From the sequence record LC494302.1: DNA of 64,000 bases; one strand, written 5' to 3'. Positions 15,324-26,003 of this stretch are shown piece after piece. Within the stretch, counting starts at the first letter, position 1, and each line of letters opens with the position of its first letter. Made by a program: the position numbers and the translations under genes. The notes beneath the pieces are model-generated. The model searched no databases. It saw only the letters and a list, made by a program, of their open reading frames with translations, and had not been told where the DNA came from.

Positions 15324-16379
15324 ATGAACGCTGTACAAAACATAATGGCACAAATTATGAATGATCCAGTACCTGCGATTGGTACATGGTCACAACACAA
15401 CTGTCCAGCTTGTGTGTTCAGAGGACATTCAAGGCCGGATACAAAGCACCGTGGTAATCATATGTTCAATGCAGATGGTTCCGTTTCATATAACTGCTTT
15501 AACTGTAGTTTAAAAACTGGTTGGCAACCAGGAAAATATATGAGCAAAGATATGGAGTCTTTGCTCATTTCTTTTGGTGCACAAGATAAAGAAATAGAAT
15601 TAGTTAAGTTTTATATTAAAGAAATGGTTGACAGCGGTGATTTTGCTGCACAAGAAACTGTTGCATCAAAATTGTATGACCGAGTAACAGTACGTGATTT
15701 GCCATCAAATGCAAAAACATTTTGGGAATGGGCTTCTTTACCTGAAGATAAAATTCCACAAGAATTTATAAGTGTTTTGCATAATGTCAATGAAAGAAAC
15801 CCATATCTGTTAGACTTAGAATTATATTGGTCACCTAATAAAGAACATAAAATGTATGACAGATTTATTATTCCATATTTCATGAATGGTAAAATTATTG
15901 GTTATACTGCACGACATAAATTAAAAGATCCTGGAAGTACATACAGGTTCATAAATCAAGTAAGTACTAATATACTATATAACTATGATTTATTAAAAGA
16001 TGAACGAATAAAAACAATTTTAGTATGTGAGGGTCCGTTAGACGCAGCATTAATGGGTGGTGTATCTGCTAATAACTTTAAATTATCAAACGTACAGATT
16101 GATGTATTAAAAGATGCACAGCAAAAAGGTAAAAAAATAGTTATTGTTCCAGATAGAGATAAAGATGGATTAATAACTATAGACCAAGCACTTGAAAATG
16201 GATTCAGTGTTTCCTTCCCAGACTTTGGTGCTGTAAGAGAAGGTAGTACAATACGTCATATCAAAGACTTTGAAGAAGCTTGTGCACGATTTGGTAGGTT
16301 ATTTTGTTTACAATTAATACATGATAGTATAGTAGATGAGCCATTTTATATTAAAGCTCAAACGGATAAATGGATGTAA
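15324..16379 (+). CDS. 61: DNA primase (T4 gp61-like)
   Basis: Zn finger CPAC...CFNC; TOPRIM motifs VCEGPLDA and VPDRDKDG. Confidence 0.92.
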   Translation: MNAVQNIMAQIMNDPVPAIGTWSQHNCPACVFRGHSRPDTKHRGNHMFNADGSVSYNCFNCSLKTGWQPGKYMSKDMESLLISFGAQDKEIELVKFYIKEMVDSGDFAAQETVASKLYDRVTVRDLPSNAKTFWEWASLPEDKIPQEFISVLHNVNERNPYLLDLELYWSPNKEHKMYDRFIIPYFMNGKIIGYTARHKLKDPGSTYRFINQVSTNILYNYDLLKDERIKTILVCEGPLDAALMGGVSANNFKLSNVQIDVLKDAQQKGKKIVIVPDRDKDGLITIDQALENGFSVSFPDFGAVREGSTIRHIKDFEEACARFGRLFCLQLIHDSIVDEPFYIKAQTDKWM

Positions 16380-16401
16380 TACATATAATGAGGGAACATA
16401 G

Positions 16402-17922
16402 ATGATTCAAAGCACAGTGGATGTGAAACAATATGGGATTAATGCACAACAATACTTATTATCTCAGATTTTCAGTAATCCTGATTTATATGTACGTTGT
16501 AAAAATATCCTTAAACCAGAATATTTTGATAAAACATTTCATGAAAGTATTCAATACGTACATGATTATGCTGCAAAATATAGTTCATCACCTACTTTGA
16601 AAGATATTGAAGTTAAAGGTGGTTATCAATACGATCAATATGAAGTTCAAGAATTACATAAACAATCAGTACTTGATACCTGTGGTGAATTTTGTCGTCA
16701 TAAAGCATTAGCGTTAGCCGTTGAAAAAGGAATGGAACTTGTCCATCAGAAAAAATATGGTGGAATCGAAGAACTAATCCGAGAAGCAATGTTGGTAACG
16801 GTACAGAATGAGTTAGGTTTGGACATTTTTGAAAACCCTGAAGATACAATCCGCTCACTCAGTACAATGCAAGGGTCATTTAAGAGTGGTTGGGAAACTC
16901 TTGATTACAAACTGTTCGGTGGATTTGGGCGTAGAGAGTTAGAGATCTTTGCTGCTGCATCAGGTGGTGGTAAATCAGTAGTACTGCAAAATTTAGCAGT
17001 TAACTTTGCGAAAGCTGGTATGAATGGTGCATACATTTCACTTGAACTAGCTGAAGAGTTGGTTGCTGTTCGTATCTATGGTATGATGACTGAATCAAAA
17101 CTCAGTAACGTAAAAAATGAAGCTGAAAAGATTGGATTTGCTGTTAAAGTTGAAGGTAAAAACAGTGGTATGTTGCGTATTAAACGCTTACCTGAATCTG
17201 TAACAACCACTGACGATATTGAAAGTTATCTACGTGAATTACAAATTAAGATGGAAATCAAACTTGATTATGTATGTGTGGACTATTTGGATCTATTAAC
17301 TTCTAATCGTCTTGGACCAAATGATAAATCCAATACATTTACTAAAGATAAGTTTGTATCAGAAGAATTACGTGCACTTGCAACCAAAATGGATTTAACT
17401 GTTTTCACTGCATCTCAGTTTAACCGTAGTGGTATGGACGAAGATAAGAAAAGTCAAAGTCAGATTGCTGGCGGTATTTCAAAAATTTATACTGCTGATA
17501 ACGTAATTTATATTGAGGCACGAAAAGAAACTGGCGAACTATGGTTTGATTTCCAAAAAACACGTAACAGTAGTGCAGTAGGTTCCCGTTTGCGTATGTC
17601 TTATGATATTGATTCATTGAGAGTTCTTGACCACGCAACTACAGTACAACAAATGGAAACCGAAGGTAATGGATTCCGTCACAGCGGTGTTTCTAAGATT
17701 GGTGGAGGGAACATGGCGTTACCACCCAGCACTATGCAAACATTACGTCATTCGCTTTCTGGTGCAGCTAAATCACCATCTGTGCAACCTGACAATACAG
17801 TAACACTAAATACTGATAGTGCTCCTAACTCTACGACACAAAACGAAATACAGAATCCACAGACACATGCTGGTACTGATCGTGTTCATGCAATGAAGCA
17901 ATGGTTAAATCAAAGGAAATGA
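16402..17922 (+). CDS. 41: replicative DnaB-like helicase (T4 gp41-like)
   Basis: Walker A AASGGGKS, YISLEL, VCVDYLD, TASQFNR, FQKTRNS; low-complexity C-terminal extension. Confidence 0.93.
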   Translation: MIQSTVDVKQYGINAQQYLLSQIFSNPDLYVRCKNILKPEYFDKTFHESIQYVHDYAAKYSSSPTLKDIEVKGGYQYDQYEVQELHKQSVLDTCGEFCRHKALALAVEKGMELVHQKKYGGIEELIREAMLVTVQNELGLDIFENPEDTIRSLSTMQGSFKSGWETLDYKLFGGFGRRELEIFAAASGGGKSVVLQNLAVNFAKAGMNGAYISLELAEELVAVRIYGMMTESKLSNVKNEAEKIGFAVKVEGKNSGMLRIKRLPESVTTTDDIESYLRELQIKMEIKLDYVCVDYLDLLTSNRLGPNDKSNTFTKDKFVSEELRALATKMDLTVFTASQFNRSGMDEDKKSQSQIAGGISKIYTADNVIYIEARKETGELWFDFQKTRNSSAVGSRLRMSYDIDSLRVLDHATTVQQMETEGNGFRHSGVSKIGGGNMALPPSTMQTLRHSLSGAAKSPSVQPDNTVTLNTDSAPNSTTQNEIQNPQTHAGTDRVHAMKQWLNQRK

Positions 17923-17925
17923 TAA

Positions 17926-18198
17926 ATGTCTAGTAAATCCAATAAAAAGAATCTACTTGATAGTATAGTTGACTATACGCCAGAGAAAGATACATTACAG
18001 AGTTTTAGTAATCGTGCCGACCACGCAATAAACTCTGTGATTCATTTATTGGAGAGCATTGAAGATGAGTTTAACCAAACTGATGCTGAAGATTTAAAAA
18101 AACGCTTATTTCTAAGTATAAAAAACCGAGATTATAAAAAGTTTCAAAAAGGGTTAGAGAATATAGCACTTGATGAAAAACGTAATAAAGGAAATTAA
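17926..18198 (+). CDS. hypothetical protein
   Basis: 90-aa ORF in the tightly packed gene run. Confidence 0.7.
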   Translation: MSSKSNKKNLLDSIVDYTPEKDTLQSFSNRADHAINSVIHLLESIEDEFNQTDAEDLKKRLFLSIKNRDYKKFQKGLENIALDEKRNKGN

Positions 18199-18199
18199 T

Positions 18200-18364
18200 A
18201 TGAAGAAAAAGAATATCAAAGAAAATGCATCTTCTGGAGCTACTTCAGCAGGTGCTATTGCATCAGTCAGTACTGGTTTACATTATCCATTACATCGTAG
18301 ATTGCCTCCTACTAACTTCTTTGGATACAAAGTCGTAGAGAAAAAAGATAAGGACAAAGAATGA
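18200..18364 (+). CDS. small hypothetical protein (ENASSGATSAG motif), possible head-associated peptide
   Basis: ATG 18200 after AAGGA SD. Confidence 0.6.
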   Translation: MKKKNIKENASSGATSAGAIASVSTGLHYPLHRRLPPTNFFGYKVVEKKDKDKE

Positions 18365-18753
18365 AACCATATACATTCTACACAATTCACACTGTAGTAG
18401 ATATTGGTGATGGTAAAACCCCAACAATCATAGATTCTAAGTTCACTGGTGCTATGAACTTGTCTAGGTTGTTGGAAGCTATTATGGTATATGACTATCC
18501 AATGATGGTAAGCGTTGTTAAAAATGAAGTCGATTTATATAAAGATAATAATTCATCTTTTTATAACATGCCAATTTCTTGGGGAAAATGTACCATAAGC
18601 ACATTCAAATTCGCATTACCAATGGATGTCGAACTTCGTTTGAATGGTATACCATTGGTTCTACCAACCGAATTAAATGGAAAACGAATAACAAAATTTA
18701 TCACATCTGGTGATGATATTAACATTAGCATCAGCAAACAGACCTTTTCTTAA
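18361..18753 (+). CDS. hypothetical protein
   Basis: 130-aa ORF with ATGA overlap. Confidence 0.7.
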   Translation: MKPYTFYTIHTVVDIGDGKTPTIIDSKFTGAMNLSRLLEAIMVYDYPMMVSVVKNEVDLYKDNNSSFYNMPISWGKCTISTFKFALPMDVELRLNGIPLVLPTELNGKRITKFITSGDDINISISKQTFS

Positions 18754-18809
18754 TTGTGATAAATATCATAAAGCAAGACAGAGGTCTTTTTATTTTATAT
18801 GGAGAAATT

Positions 18810-19754
18810 ATGGATATAAACCAAACAGCAACTGAACTTCAAAAGTTCGCAGATGCACATAATTTGAATGTTGATGTTTCTGTTATTCTTGATAATATGG
18901 ATGCAGGTGATTTTATCACTTTAAATTCTGCGATTGATAATTCTGACAATCGTGAAATATTCCAAATTTTACAAAAATACAAAGCACAGATGAGTGAATG
19001 TTATAATTATTTTAGTACTAAAAATGTTAACAAACATATTAATGAAAGTACTGAACTTCATAGTATTGTTGATTCAATGTCACTAAAGCAATTAGCAGAA
19101 GAGTATCATAAAAATTATACATATTCAGATATAACAAAACTAACCACACAAGAATTAAAAGCAATTGTATTTGAAGATTTACAAAATCAAGCCACACAAA
19201 TGCAAGCAAAACAAATTGCTAAAATGAATGTTTCTCAGGGTCAACAACAAGTCAATCCACAAACTCAAGCTAAAATGAAACAAGCTGAGTTGCAAAGAAA
19301 TGCTAATAATATGAAAGTTAGTGTTCCTGGTACACAAAGCGGGACAGATTCGGTTGAACCTGTAGTTGGTGTTGACCCAGGTCAAACACCGGAGCAATCA
19401 TTAGTTATTACTAAAAGCGGGACCAAGCCAAATGAGTTGAACGTTTTTCCTTTGAGTGATGTTAATCCTATTGATAATCAAAATAATCCAATTCGTGAAG
19501 AAAAATCTCCACAAGAAATTAACAGTGAACTTATGGCTAATTCCAGTTTAGAGCCTGATAGTAATCCTGATACACCATCACCATTGTCACATCATGCACC
19601 AGGTATGGGCGAAATGATACATGCAATTTCTGATATTGAAAAAGAAGATGATATCTATGGTGATGAAAGTGTTATGGCAAACACATCACAATCTGATAAT
19701 GATGACATGGTAGACCAAATTATCGATTTCTGTCATCGTATGCGAGGTCGTTAA
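18810..19754 (+). CDS. hypothetical late protein, Gln/Asn-rich, possible internal head protein
   Basis: ATG 18810 after GGAGA; TAAATA at 18760-18765; INES and IREE motifs. Confidence 0.65.
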   Translation: MDINQTATELQKFADAHNLNVDVSVILDNMDAGDFITLNSAIDNSDNREIFQILQKYKAQMSECYNYFSTKNVNKHINESTELHSIVDSMSLKQLAEEYHKNYTYSDITKLTTQELKAIVFEDLQNQATQMQAKQIAKMNVSQGQQQVNPQTQAKMKQAELQRNANNMKVSVPGTQSGTDSVEPVVGVDPGQTPEQSLVITKSGTKPNELNVFPLSDVNPIDNQNNPIREEKSPQEINSELMANSSLEPDSNPDTPSPLSHHAPGMGEMIHAISDIEKEDDIYGDESVMANTSQSDNDDMVDQIIDFCHRMRGR

Positions 19755-19972
19755 TGAGAACAGTACTAAATGTGCATGGTCACAATACAATGGTTTCTAA
19801 TGAAGAATATAAACTATTACAAAAGATAAAAGCACGCGGTACTGTTCCAGTTGAAAAGGTAAATGAATATTATCAGGAATTAGCTGATAAGATGGTATCA
19901 CGTGGTGTTCTAAATAAAATAGAAAATGATGACGGTACTGAATCTTACCAAACAGTTAGGAGTAGTAAATGA
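19754..19972 (+). CDS. hypothetical protein
   Basis: 72-aa ORF, TAATG-coupled to the previous gene. Confidence 0.7.
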   Translation: MRTVLNVHGHNTMVSNEEYKLLQKIKARGTVPVEKVNEYYQELADKMVSRGVLNKIENDDGTESYQTVRSSK

Positions 19973-20640
19973 ATTACGAATATGATCAACAATCAGTTAA
20001 TCAGATGGCTGATTTGTTAAGTGGATTGAATGACATTGAAGCTGGTGAAACACATAACGCATCGGGGGTTCCATATAAAACTGGTGGTGACATCGGTGCT
20101 ATGGCTTCTATTTTAACTTCATTAAATGAAGCAGGTATGGATTATGGTGAACCACAACATCCACATATGGTTCAATACAATTCTCCGTATAATGAACATT
20201 TATCAGGGAATTCACCAGTACCTTCGCCACGACCATCACAAGCACCTATTAAACCAAAAACTAATTGGAGTTTAGTGGAAGAAAAAGTACAAGGTACTAA
20301 ATCTACTAAAGTTTATAGCATTAAGTGTAATCATAGTTCACAAATTATCATGAATAATATTATGATGTATGAAGCAGCACTTACATTAGTTAATCTTCTC
20401 AATGAAGGAAGAATGTTGACAGATGCAAAAGTACTTGGTATAATCAGTTCGGGTCTTCAATACACGAATGTGATTAGTGAAGCATTGAAAGCAGCCCAGA
20501 AACGTCAACGCGTACTTAATGAATCGAAGTATGATGAAGCAAAAGATTTAGATATAATTATTGCAGAAAAGAAAGCTGAAGCGTATAAATTAAAAGAGCG
20601 TGTATTAAACTTTCTAAAAAGCGAAGGTTATATAAAGTAA
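19969..20640 (+). CDS. hypothetical late protein
   Basis: 223 aa with three LNE motifs. Confidence 0.7.
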   Translation: MNYEYDQQSVNQMADLLSGLNDIEAGETHNASGVPYKTGGDIGAMASILTSLNEAGMDYGEPQHPHMVQYNSPYNEHLSGNSPVPSPRPSQAPIKPKTNWSLVEEKVQGTKSTKVYSIKCNHSSQIIMNNIMMYEAALTLVNLLNEGRMLTDAKVLGIISSGLQYTNVISEALKAAQKRQRVLNESKYDEAKDLDIIIAEKKAEAYKLKERVLNFLKSEGYIK

Positions 20641-20672
20641 ATAAATGAGTGATATTTTATAAGGAAATACAA

Positions 20673-21305
20673 ATGTCAAAATATAAAAAACTAATGGAAG
20701 CAGCTTCTCGTGCAGAAGCTATGAAGTTTATTAAACTAAATGAATCTAATATTGAAAAAGCAGAAATTGTTCTTTCAGTAAAAGGTGAGATTGTTGATAA
20801 ACTCCAACGTCAATCTGAGGTTATTAACAACATGGGTGTTGACGTACTAGGCCCACTACTTGACCGTATTAAAGCCGAGCAAGGTCTAGATGCTGCACAA
20901 AATTTTAGTGATAATGTTCGCCATCTACTACAACATGCAGTTACTACCTTAATGGATGTAAAAGACAAAATCAGTACTGAAACACTTAAACTAACTGGTG
21001 ATATCACTGACGGTCCAGATGTTTCTGATATTGGAAGTGAAGATGTTGATATTGATATTGCAGCAGATACCCCAACTTTTGATATGGATGCAGACGCAGA
21101 CTTTGAAGAAGACATTATCTCTGAGCCAGTACCAACTGAACGTGAAATGAAAGAATCTGTTAAACCAAGTAAAGTTGGTGTAAAAATGGAAAGTATTCGC
21201 GGAACTGTGGGTACTAAATACTTTAGTTCAAAAGAAGAAATGAAAACATGGCTTTCTGAGAATGAAAAGAAAGTTAAACGTGTTCTAGGATACGTTAAAA
21301 AATAA
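20673..21305 (+). CDS. putative prohead core/scaffold-like protein
   Basis: ATG 20673 after AAGGA; TAAATA 20638-20643; helical N-half, acidic linker, LMEA/LNES/MKES motifs. Confidence 0.5.
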   Translation: MSKYKKLMEAASRAEAMKFIKLNESNIEKAEIVLSVKGEIVDKLQRQSEVINNMGVDVLGPLLDRIKAEQGLDAAQNFSDNVRHLLQHAVTTLMDVKDKISTETLKLTGDITDGPDVSDIGSEDVDIDIAADTPTFDMDADADFEEDIISEPVPTEREMKESVKPSKVGVKMESIRGTVGTKYFSSKEEMKTWLSENEKKVKRVLGYVKK

Positions 21306-21321
21306 TTAAGGACAATTCTAC

Positions 21322-21657
21322 ATGAGATTTCGTGATCTTACTGAAGAGGCTCCTGGTAAAGATATACGCAATATGATTACTACTATTGCGTTGTCTTTAG
21401 TGTCCACGGGTCGAGAAGAAGTAAATGTTCAATCTTTGATTTCTGAAATTAAAAAGAGAACCAACATCGATGTTCCATACAATGTAATGATGGACATTTT
21501 GAATTCCCTTCCTTTTGTACAGGATGCTAATTCTGATGTTGTAACTTTTGCAGGAAATTCAGCAGAAGGTTCAGAAGAAGTCGAGCAAGATTCTGAAGAG
21601 CAAGTTGAAGATTGGGCCACAAAAGCTGCTGTGACAGCAAATAAACAAAAAAACTGA
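21322..21657 (+). CDS. conserved hypothetical protein
   Basis: 111-aa ORF with AAGGA SD. Confidence 0.75.
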   Translation: MRFRDLTEEAPGKDIRNMITTIALSLVSTGREEVNVQSLISEIKKRTNIDVPYNVMMDILNSLPFVQDANSDVVTFAGNSAEGSEEVEQDSEEQVEDWATKAAVTANKQKN

Positions 21658-21683
21658 GACAAATTAAAATATAATGCTATAAT
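21656..21683 (+). promoter_or_regulatory. class II promoter GAGACA-N16-TATAAT
   Basis: GAGACA 21656-21661, TGC-TATAAT 21678-21683. Confidence 0.65.
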
Positions 21684-21696
21684 TAGGAGTACACGG

Positions 21697-22416
21697 ATGT
21701 ACACACCACCAATTGTTAGCAGATATACATATGTTGGTTACAATAGAATTGAAGGCGGCCCAGAAGGTCGCCTTTATTCAACTCCAACAGGTAATCTGCC
21801 GTCAGTAACAACAATTCTAAGTGCGACCTCGAATGACGAAGGTTTAAAGAAATGGAGAGAATTTGTTGGTGAAGAAAAGGCTAATGAGATTACATTAGAA
21901 GCATGTACAGTTGGTACTTTTATGCATGAGAACTTGGAATTTAGATTGGAAGGAAAGCCAGACCATGAAGGCGGTATGCCAATTCGAGTTCTTGCACGTA
22001 GAATGGCTGACAAAATTCAGCAAGAAGCATGGCCTAGAATTAATGAAGTATGGGGACAGGAAGTCCCATTGTACTATGAAGGTTTATGGGCCGGAACAAC
22101 TGATTTAGTAGGTGTTCATGATGGAATCCCAACCATTATGGATTATAAAAATTCCCGTAAAGTTAAGAAGTGGGGACAAATCGAAAATTATCGTATGCAA
22201 ATTGCAGCATATGCATTAGCCCATAATCAAATGTTTGGTACTAATATAGAACGTGGTGTGATTTTCATCTGTGTAAGAAAAGATCCTAACAATCTACAAT
22301 ATCAAGAGTTTGTCATAGAAGGTCAAGACTTCAAAGATGCAGTCAATATGTGGATTGAACGTGTAGAACAATACTATATTTTACGTGGAGAAATTGAATC
22401 AAATGGAGCAGCATAA
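21697..22416 (+). CDS. PD-(D/E)XK exonuclease (RecB/MGME1/Cas4-like fold)
   Basis: LPSVTTIL, GTFMHENLE, AGTTDLVG, IMDYKNS, QIAAYALA. Confidence 0.85.
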   Translation: MYTPPIVSRYTYVGYNRIEGGPEGRLYSTPTGNLPSVTTILSATSNDEGLKKWREFVGEEKANEITLEACTVGTFMHENLEFRLEGKPDHEGGMPIRVLARRMADKIQQEAWPRINEVWGQEVPLYYEGLWAGTTDLVGVHDGIPTIMDYKNSRKVKKWGQIENYRMQIAAYALAHNQMFGTNIERGVIFICVRKDPNNLQYQEFVIEGQDFKDAVNMWIERVEQYYILRGEIESNGAA

Positions 22417-22957
22417 AAAAATGAAACAAGATCTATATACAATTCGTGCACTAGTAAGTAAAGGTTATGATTTAGAAGAAGTAATTAAACTTAGTGAAGA
22501 AGAGATTGATAAACTTGATTTATCAAATAAGCTAATTCTAAATATCAAAGATTATAAACAACGTGGTGCTAAACCTGTTGAAGAAATTAAAGAACAAATT
22601 GCACAAGATATTAGTGTTGATGAAGTATCACGCAATGTACCACCAGAAGTTATCCAAGAGTATGTTGTTGATAGTGAAGAACAAGTTAAAGTTTCTGAAG
22701 AAGTTGAAATTATTGCAGAAGAACTTGCTCCTGAATTGGAAGAAGATGAAGTTGTTATTGAGCGTGTTGTTTCATCTAAAGAAGATTTGGACATTATCAA
22801 AGAAGCATTACAGACTAAAGAATTTAAAAGTGTTTCCAACTATGTTAAACATTTAAAATCTTTAGTACCAGAACAAATTTTATCTTCTGTAGATAGCTCA
22901 GTTGTATCTCAACTAATTAATGAGCGTATTGCGGAAGTTAAAGAAAAAGCTAAATAA
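22385..22957 (+). CDS. acidic hypothetical protein
   Basis: E/V-rich 190-aa ORF; the start is uncertain (ATG 22403 or 22421 are possible). Confidence 0.7.
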   Translation: MEKLNQMEQHKKMKQDLYTIRALVSKGYDLEEVIKLSEEEIDKLDLSNKLILNIKDYKQRGAKPVEEIKEQIAQDISVDEVSRNVPPEVIQEYVVDSEEQVKVSEEVEIIAEELAPELEEDEVVIERVVSSKEDLDIIKEALQTKEFKSVSNYVKHLKSLVPEQILSSVDSSVVSQLINERIAEVKEKAK

Positions 22958-22985
22958 TCCTATAATACTATAGGAGATAGTTTTT

Positions 22986-23567
22986 ATGGCACAACAACAA
23001 ATTGCTTTACAACAAGTAAGAACTGGTAAACAGAGAGACTTACCTGATGCATTAGAAAAAGGTCAGATAGGATTCAGTACTGATGTGGGTCGTGTTTTTA
23101 TTGGCCTTCCATCATCATCTGACCCCGCCAGCTTAGTTGCAGGTAGAACTTGGACTACTGATCCAAATTCAGGTAAAGAAAACGTAGAAATAATTACAGA
23201 ATTTTCACCGTGGAGAACGGTATCAAAAATAATTAACAGACCGTTTAAAGTTGATCTTCCACAAAATCAAGAAAGTATAGAAGTTATTCTTGAAAGTGAA
23301 AGTAGAGTATTCATCGATTATATTGCATATGATGATACCGAAACGGTTTTGGAATCAGGAACTATTCAAATTGTAGCTGCTGGCACAAACACGATGATTG
23401 CACAGTCAAATAATACAAATAGAACTGACGCAATTATTTCTATCTCATTTGAAGATCCTGCATATGATTCTACAACTGGAAATATGCAATTTAACATAGT
23501 TAACTCGGATTATTTAAATTCAGGATATCATATAGAATTTGTATATCGTGGGTGGGACAAACCTTAA
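22986..23567 (+). CDS. putative virion structural protein (tail fiber/Mtd-N-like N-terminus)
   Basis: LEKGQIGFSTDVGRVFIG motif; TAAATA 22951-22956; AGGAG SD. Confidence 0.55.
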   Translation: MAQQQIALQQVRTGKQRDLPDALEKGQIGFSTDVGRVFIGLPSSSDPASLVAGRTWTTDPNSGKENVEIITEFSPWRTVSKIINRPFKVDLPQNQESIEVILESESRVFIDYIAYDDTETVLESGTIQIVAAGTNTMIAQSNNTNRTDAIISISFEDPAYDSTTGNMQFNIVNSDYLNSGYHIEFVYRGWDKP

Positions 23568-23585
23568 AAGGCGTCCCGCCTTTTT
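23566..23585 (+). terminator. rho-independent terminator
   Basis: AAAAGGCG-TCC-CGCCTTTTT. Confidence 0.65.
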
Positions 23586-23630
23586 CTTCCACTAAAAAAA
23601 GAAATTTACATCAAAAAACAAGGATGACAC

Positions 23631-25949
23631 ATGATTAACGTAACCAAGCGTAATGGAATGAAAGAGCCGTTATCATTGGATAAGATCCATCAAATTTTAT
23701 TTTTCGCTGCTGAAGGTTTAAGTGGTATTTCAGTTTCTGAAATTGAAATCCGAGCACAACTTCAGTTTTATGAAGGTATTGAAACTAGTACTATTCATGA
23801 TATTCTAATAAAAGCAGCAGCAGAACTTATTTCTGAAGATACGCCTAACTATCAATACGTTGCTGGAAGATTATTAAACTATAGTATTCGTAAGCAAGTA
23901 TATGGACAGTATGACCCAATTAAGTATACTGCTCATCTTCAAGAAATGGTAGATACTAAAATATATGATCCTGAAATTTTGGAGAAATATACTCTTCAAG
24001 AAATAGAAGAGCTTGGGCGTTATATCAAACATAAGCGTGACGACAAATTTACTTATGTTGCTATGCGTCAGTGGGAAGGAAAGTATCTTTATAAAAACCG
24101 AGTCACTAAGAAAATTTATGAAACCCCACAAATGGCATATATGACTATTGCAGCAATCATCTTTATGGAGTATGATCGTTCTGTACGTATGTCATATGTT
24201 AAAAAGTTTTATGACGCAGTAAGTAATTTTGACATCAGTCTTCCAACACCTATTATGGCAGGTCTACGTACTAATACACGTCAGTTTAGTTCTTGTGTAG
24301 TACTGAACGTTGGTGATAGTTTAGATAGCATTGGTTCATCAAATCACGCTATTCTACGTTATATCTCACGCAAAGCTGGACTAGGTATTAATATGGGCCG
24401 CATTCGTGCTCTAGACTCTGAGATTCGTTCAGGTGATGCAGTACATACTGGGTTGATTCCTTTTATCGCAGCAACTGCTAAGACCGTTAAAAGCTGCTCA
24501 CAGGGTGGTGTGCGTGGTGGTGCAGCAACTGTTCACTTTCCATTGTGGCATTTGGAATTTGATAACCTAGTTGTACTTAAAAATAACAAAGGTACAGAGT
24601 TTAACCGTGTACGTCAACTAGACTATTGTTTCCAAGTAAACAAAACTTTATATCAACGTTTGGTTGATGGAAAGAATATTACATTCTTTAGTCCTAATGA
24701 AGTCCCTGGGCTATATGAAGCATTCTGTTCTGACCAAAAAGAATTTGAAAAACTATATAAAAAATACGAAGCTGACCAAAGAATCCGTAAAAAATCCGTT
24801 CCTGCTGTGGAAGTATTCAGTACTCTAATGACTGAACGTGCAGAAACTGGTCGTATCTATATTCAAAATATTGACCATGCAAACACTCACTCAACATTTG
24901 TTGAATCAATTGCACCAATCGAACAATCCAACTTGTGTCAAGAAATCGCACTACCATCTGTGCCATTTGATGATATTAATACTGGTGAAGGTTTGATTAG
25001 CCTATGTACTTTGAGTGCAATTAACTGGGGTAACTTTGATAAACCAGAAGATATGGAAACTGCATGTGATCTTTCTGTTCGTGCTCTTGATTCACTATTG
25101 GACTATCAAGACTACCCAGTAGTTCATGCTGACCGAGCAACAAAAATGTATCGTCCACTAGGTGTTGGTATTATTAACTTTGCATACTTCCTTGCTAAAC
25201 GTGGTTTACGTTATAATGAAGCAGCACTAGAAACAGTTAACGAGTGGGCTGAAGCATGGTCTTACTATCTAATTAAATCTTCTGTACAGCTTGCTAAAGA
25301 GAAAGGTAAGTGTGAAGGATTTGATAATCTAAAATATGCCAAAGGTATCCTTCCAATCGATACTTATAAATCGGACATTGATGAATTAGTAACTAAAGAA
25401 CTAAAACAAGATTGGGAATCCTTACGTGCCGATATCAAAGAATATGGTATTCGTAACGCAACAACAATGGCATTAATGCCAGCAGAAACAAGTGCACAAA
25501 TCAGTAACAGTACTAACGGTATTGAAAAGCCACGTTCTCTTGTAACGAAGAAACTATCTAAGGATGGTATTCTTAAACAAGTAGTTCCAGAAATCAATAA
25601 GTTGAAAAACAAATATGATTTACTATGGGATCAGAAAGATAACATTGGTTATCTACAAATCTGTGGTGTTCTACAAAAATACATTGACCAAAGTATCAGT
25701 GTTAATACTAGTTATAACCCAATACACTTCCCTGATGGTAAGTTGCCAATGTCAACTCTTCTAACTGAACTTATGTATGCATATAAAGTTGGTTTGAAAA
25801 ATCTTTATTATCATAATACAAATGATGGTTCAGATGAAGTAGACGTTGAAAAAGTACTGAAAGAAGCTGCCAAACCAGAATCTGGACAATTTGTATTACC
25901 ATCACTTCCTGATTTGGATGAAGGTGATTGTGATAGTTGTAAAATCTAA
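23631..25949 (+). CDS. nrdA: class Ia ribonucleotide reductase alpha subunit
   Basis: ATP cone, TPIMAG, SSCVV, SNLCQEI and C-terminal CDSC; uninterrupted. Confidence 0.97.
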   Translation: MINVTKRNGMKEPLSLDKIHQILFFAAEGLSGISVSEIEIRAQLQFYEGIETSTIHDILIKAAAELISEDTPNYQYVAGRLLNYSIRKQVYGQYDPIKYTAHLQEMVDTKIYDPEILEKYTLQEIEELGRYIKHKRDDKFTYVAMRQWEGKYLYKNRVTKKIYETPQMAYMTIAAIIFMEYDRSVRMSYVKKFYDAVSNFDISLPTPIMAGLRTNTRQFSSCVVLNVGDSLDSIGSSNHAILRYISRKAGLGINMGRIRALDSEIRSGDAVHTGLIPFIAATAKTVKSCSQGGVRGGAATVHFPLWHLEFDNLVVLKNNKGTEFNRVRQLDYCFQVNKTLYQRLVDGKNITFFSPNEVPGLYEAFCSDQKEFEKLYKKYEADQRIRKKSVPAVEVFSTLMTERAETGRIYIQNIDHANTHSTFVESIAPIEQSNLCQEIALPSVPFDDINTGEGLISLCTLSAINWGNFDKPEDMETACDLSVRALDSLLDYQDYPVVHADRATKMYRPLGVGIINFAYFLAKRGLRYNEAALETVNEWAEAWSYYLIKSSVQLAKEKGKCEGFDNLKYAKGILPIDTYKSDIDELVTKELKQDWESLRADIKEYGIRNATTMALMPAETSAQISNSTNGIEKPRSLVTKKLSKDGILKQVVPEINKLKNKYDLLWDQKDNIGYLQICGVLQKYIDQSISVNTSYNPIHFPDGKLPMSTLLTELMYAYKVGLKNLYYHNTNDGSDEVDVEKVLKEAAKPESGQFVLPSLPDLDEGDCDSCKI

Positions 25950-25955
25950 TTTAAG

Positions 25956-25980
25956 ATCCCGCTTCGGCGGGATTATTATT
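25956..25980 (+). terminator. UUCG-tetraloop hairpin/terminator
   Basis: ATCCCGC-TTCG-GCGGGAT then TATTATT. Confidence 0.7.
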
Positions 25981-26003
25981 TCAAAATATATAAAGGAATA
26001 TAT

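Noticed and set aside
21697-22416. Cas4-like nuclease as a sign of a CRISPR system
   Set aside because: There is no Fe-S Cys cluster, no other cas gene and no array; it is a stand-alone phage PD-(D/E)XK exonuclease.
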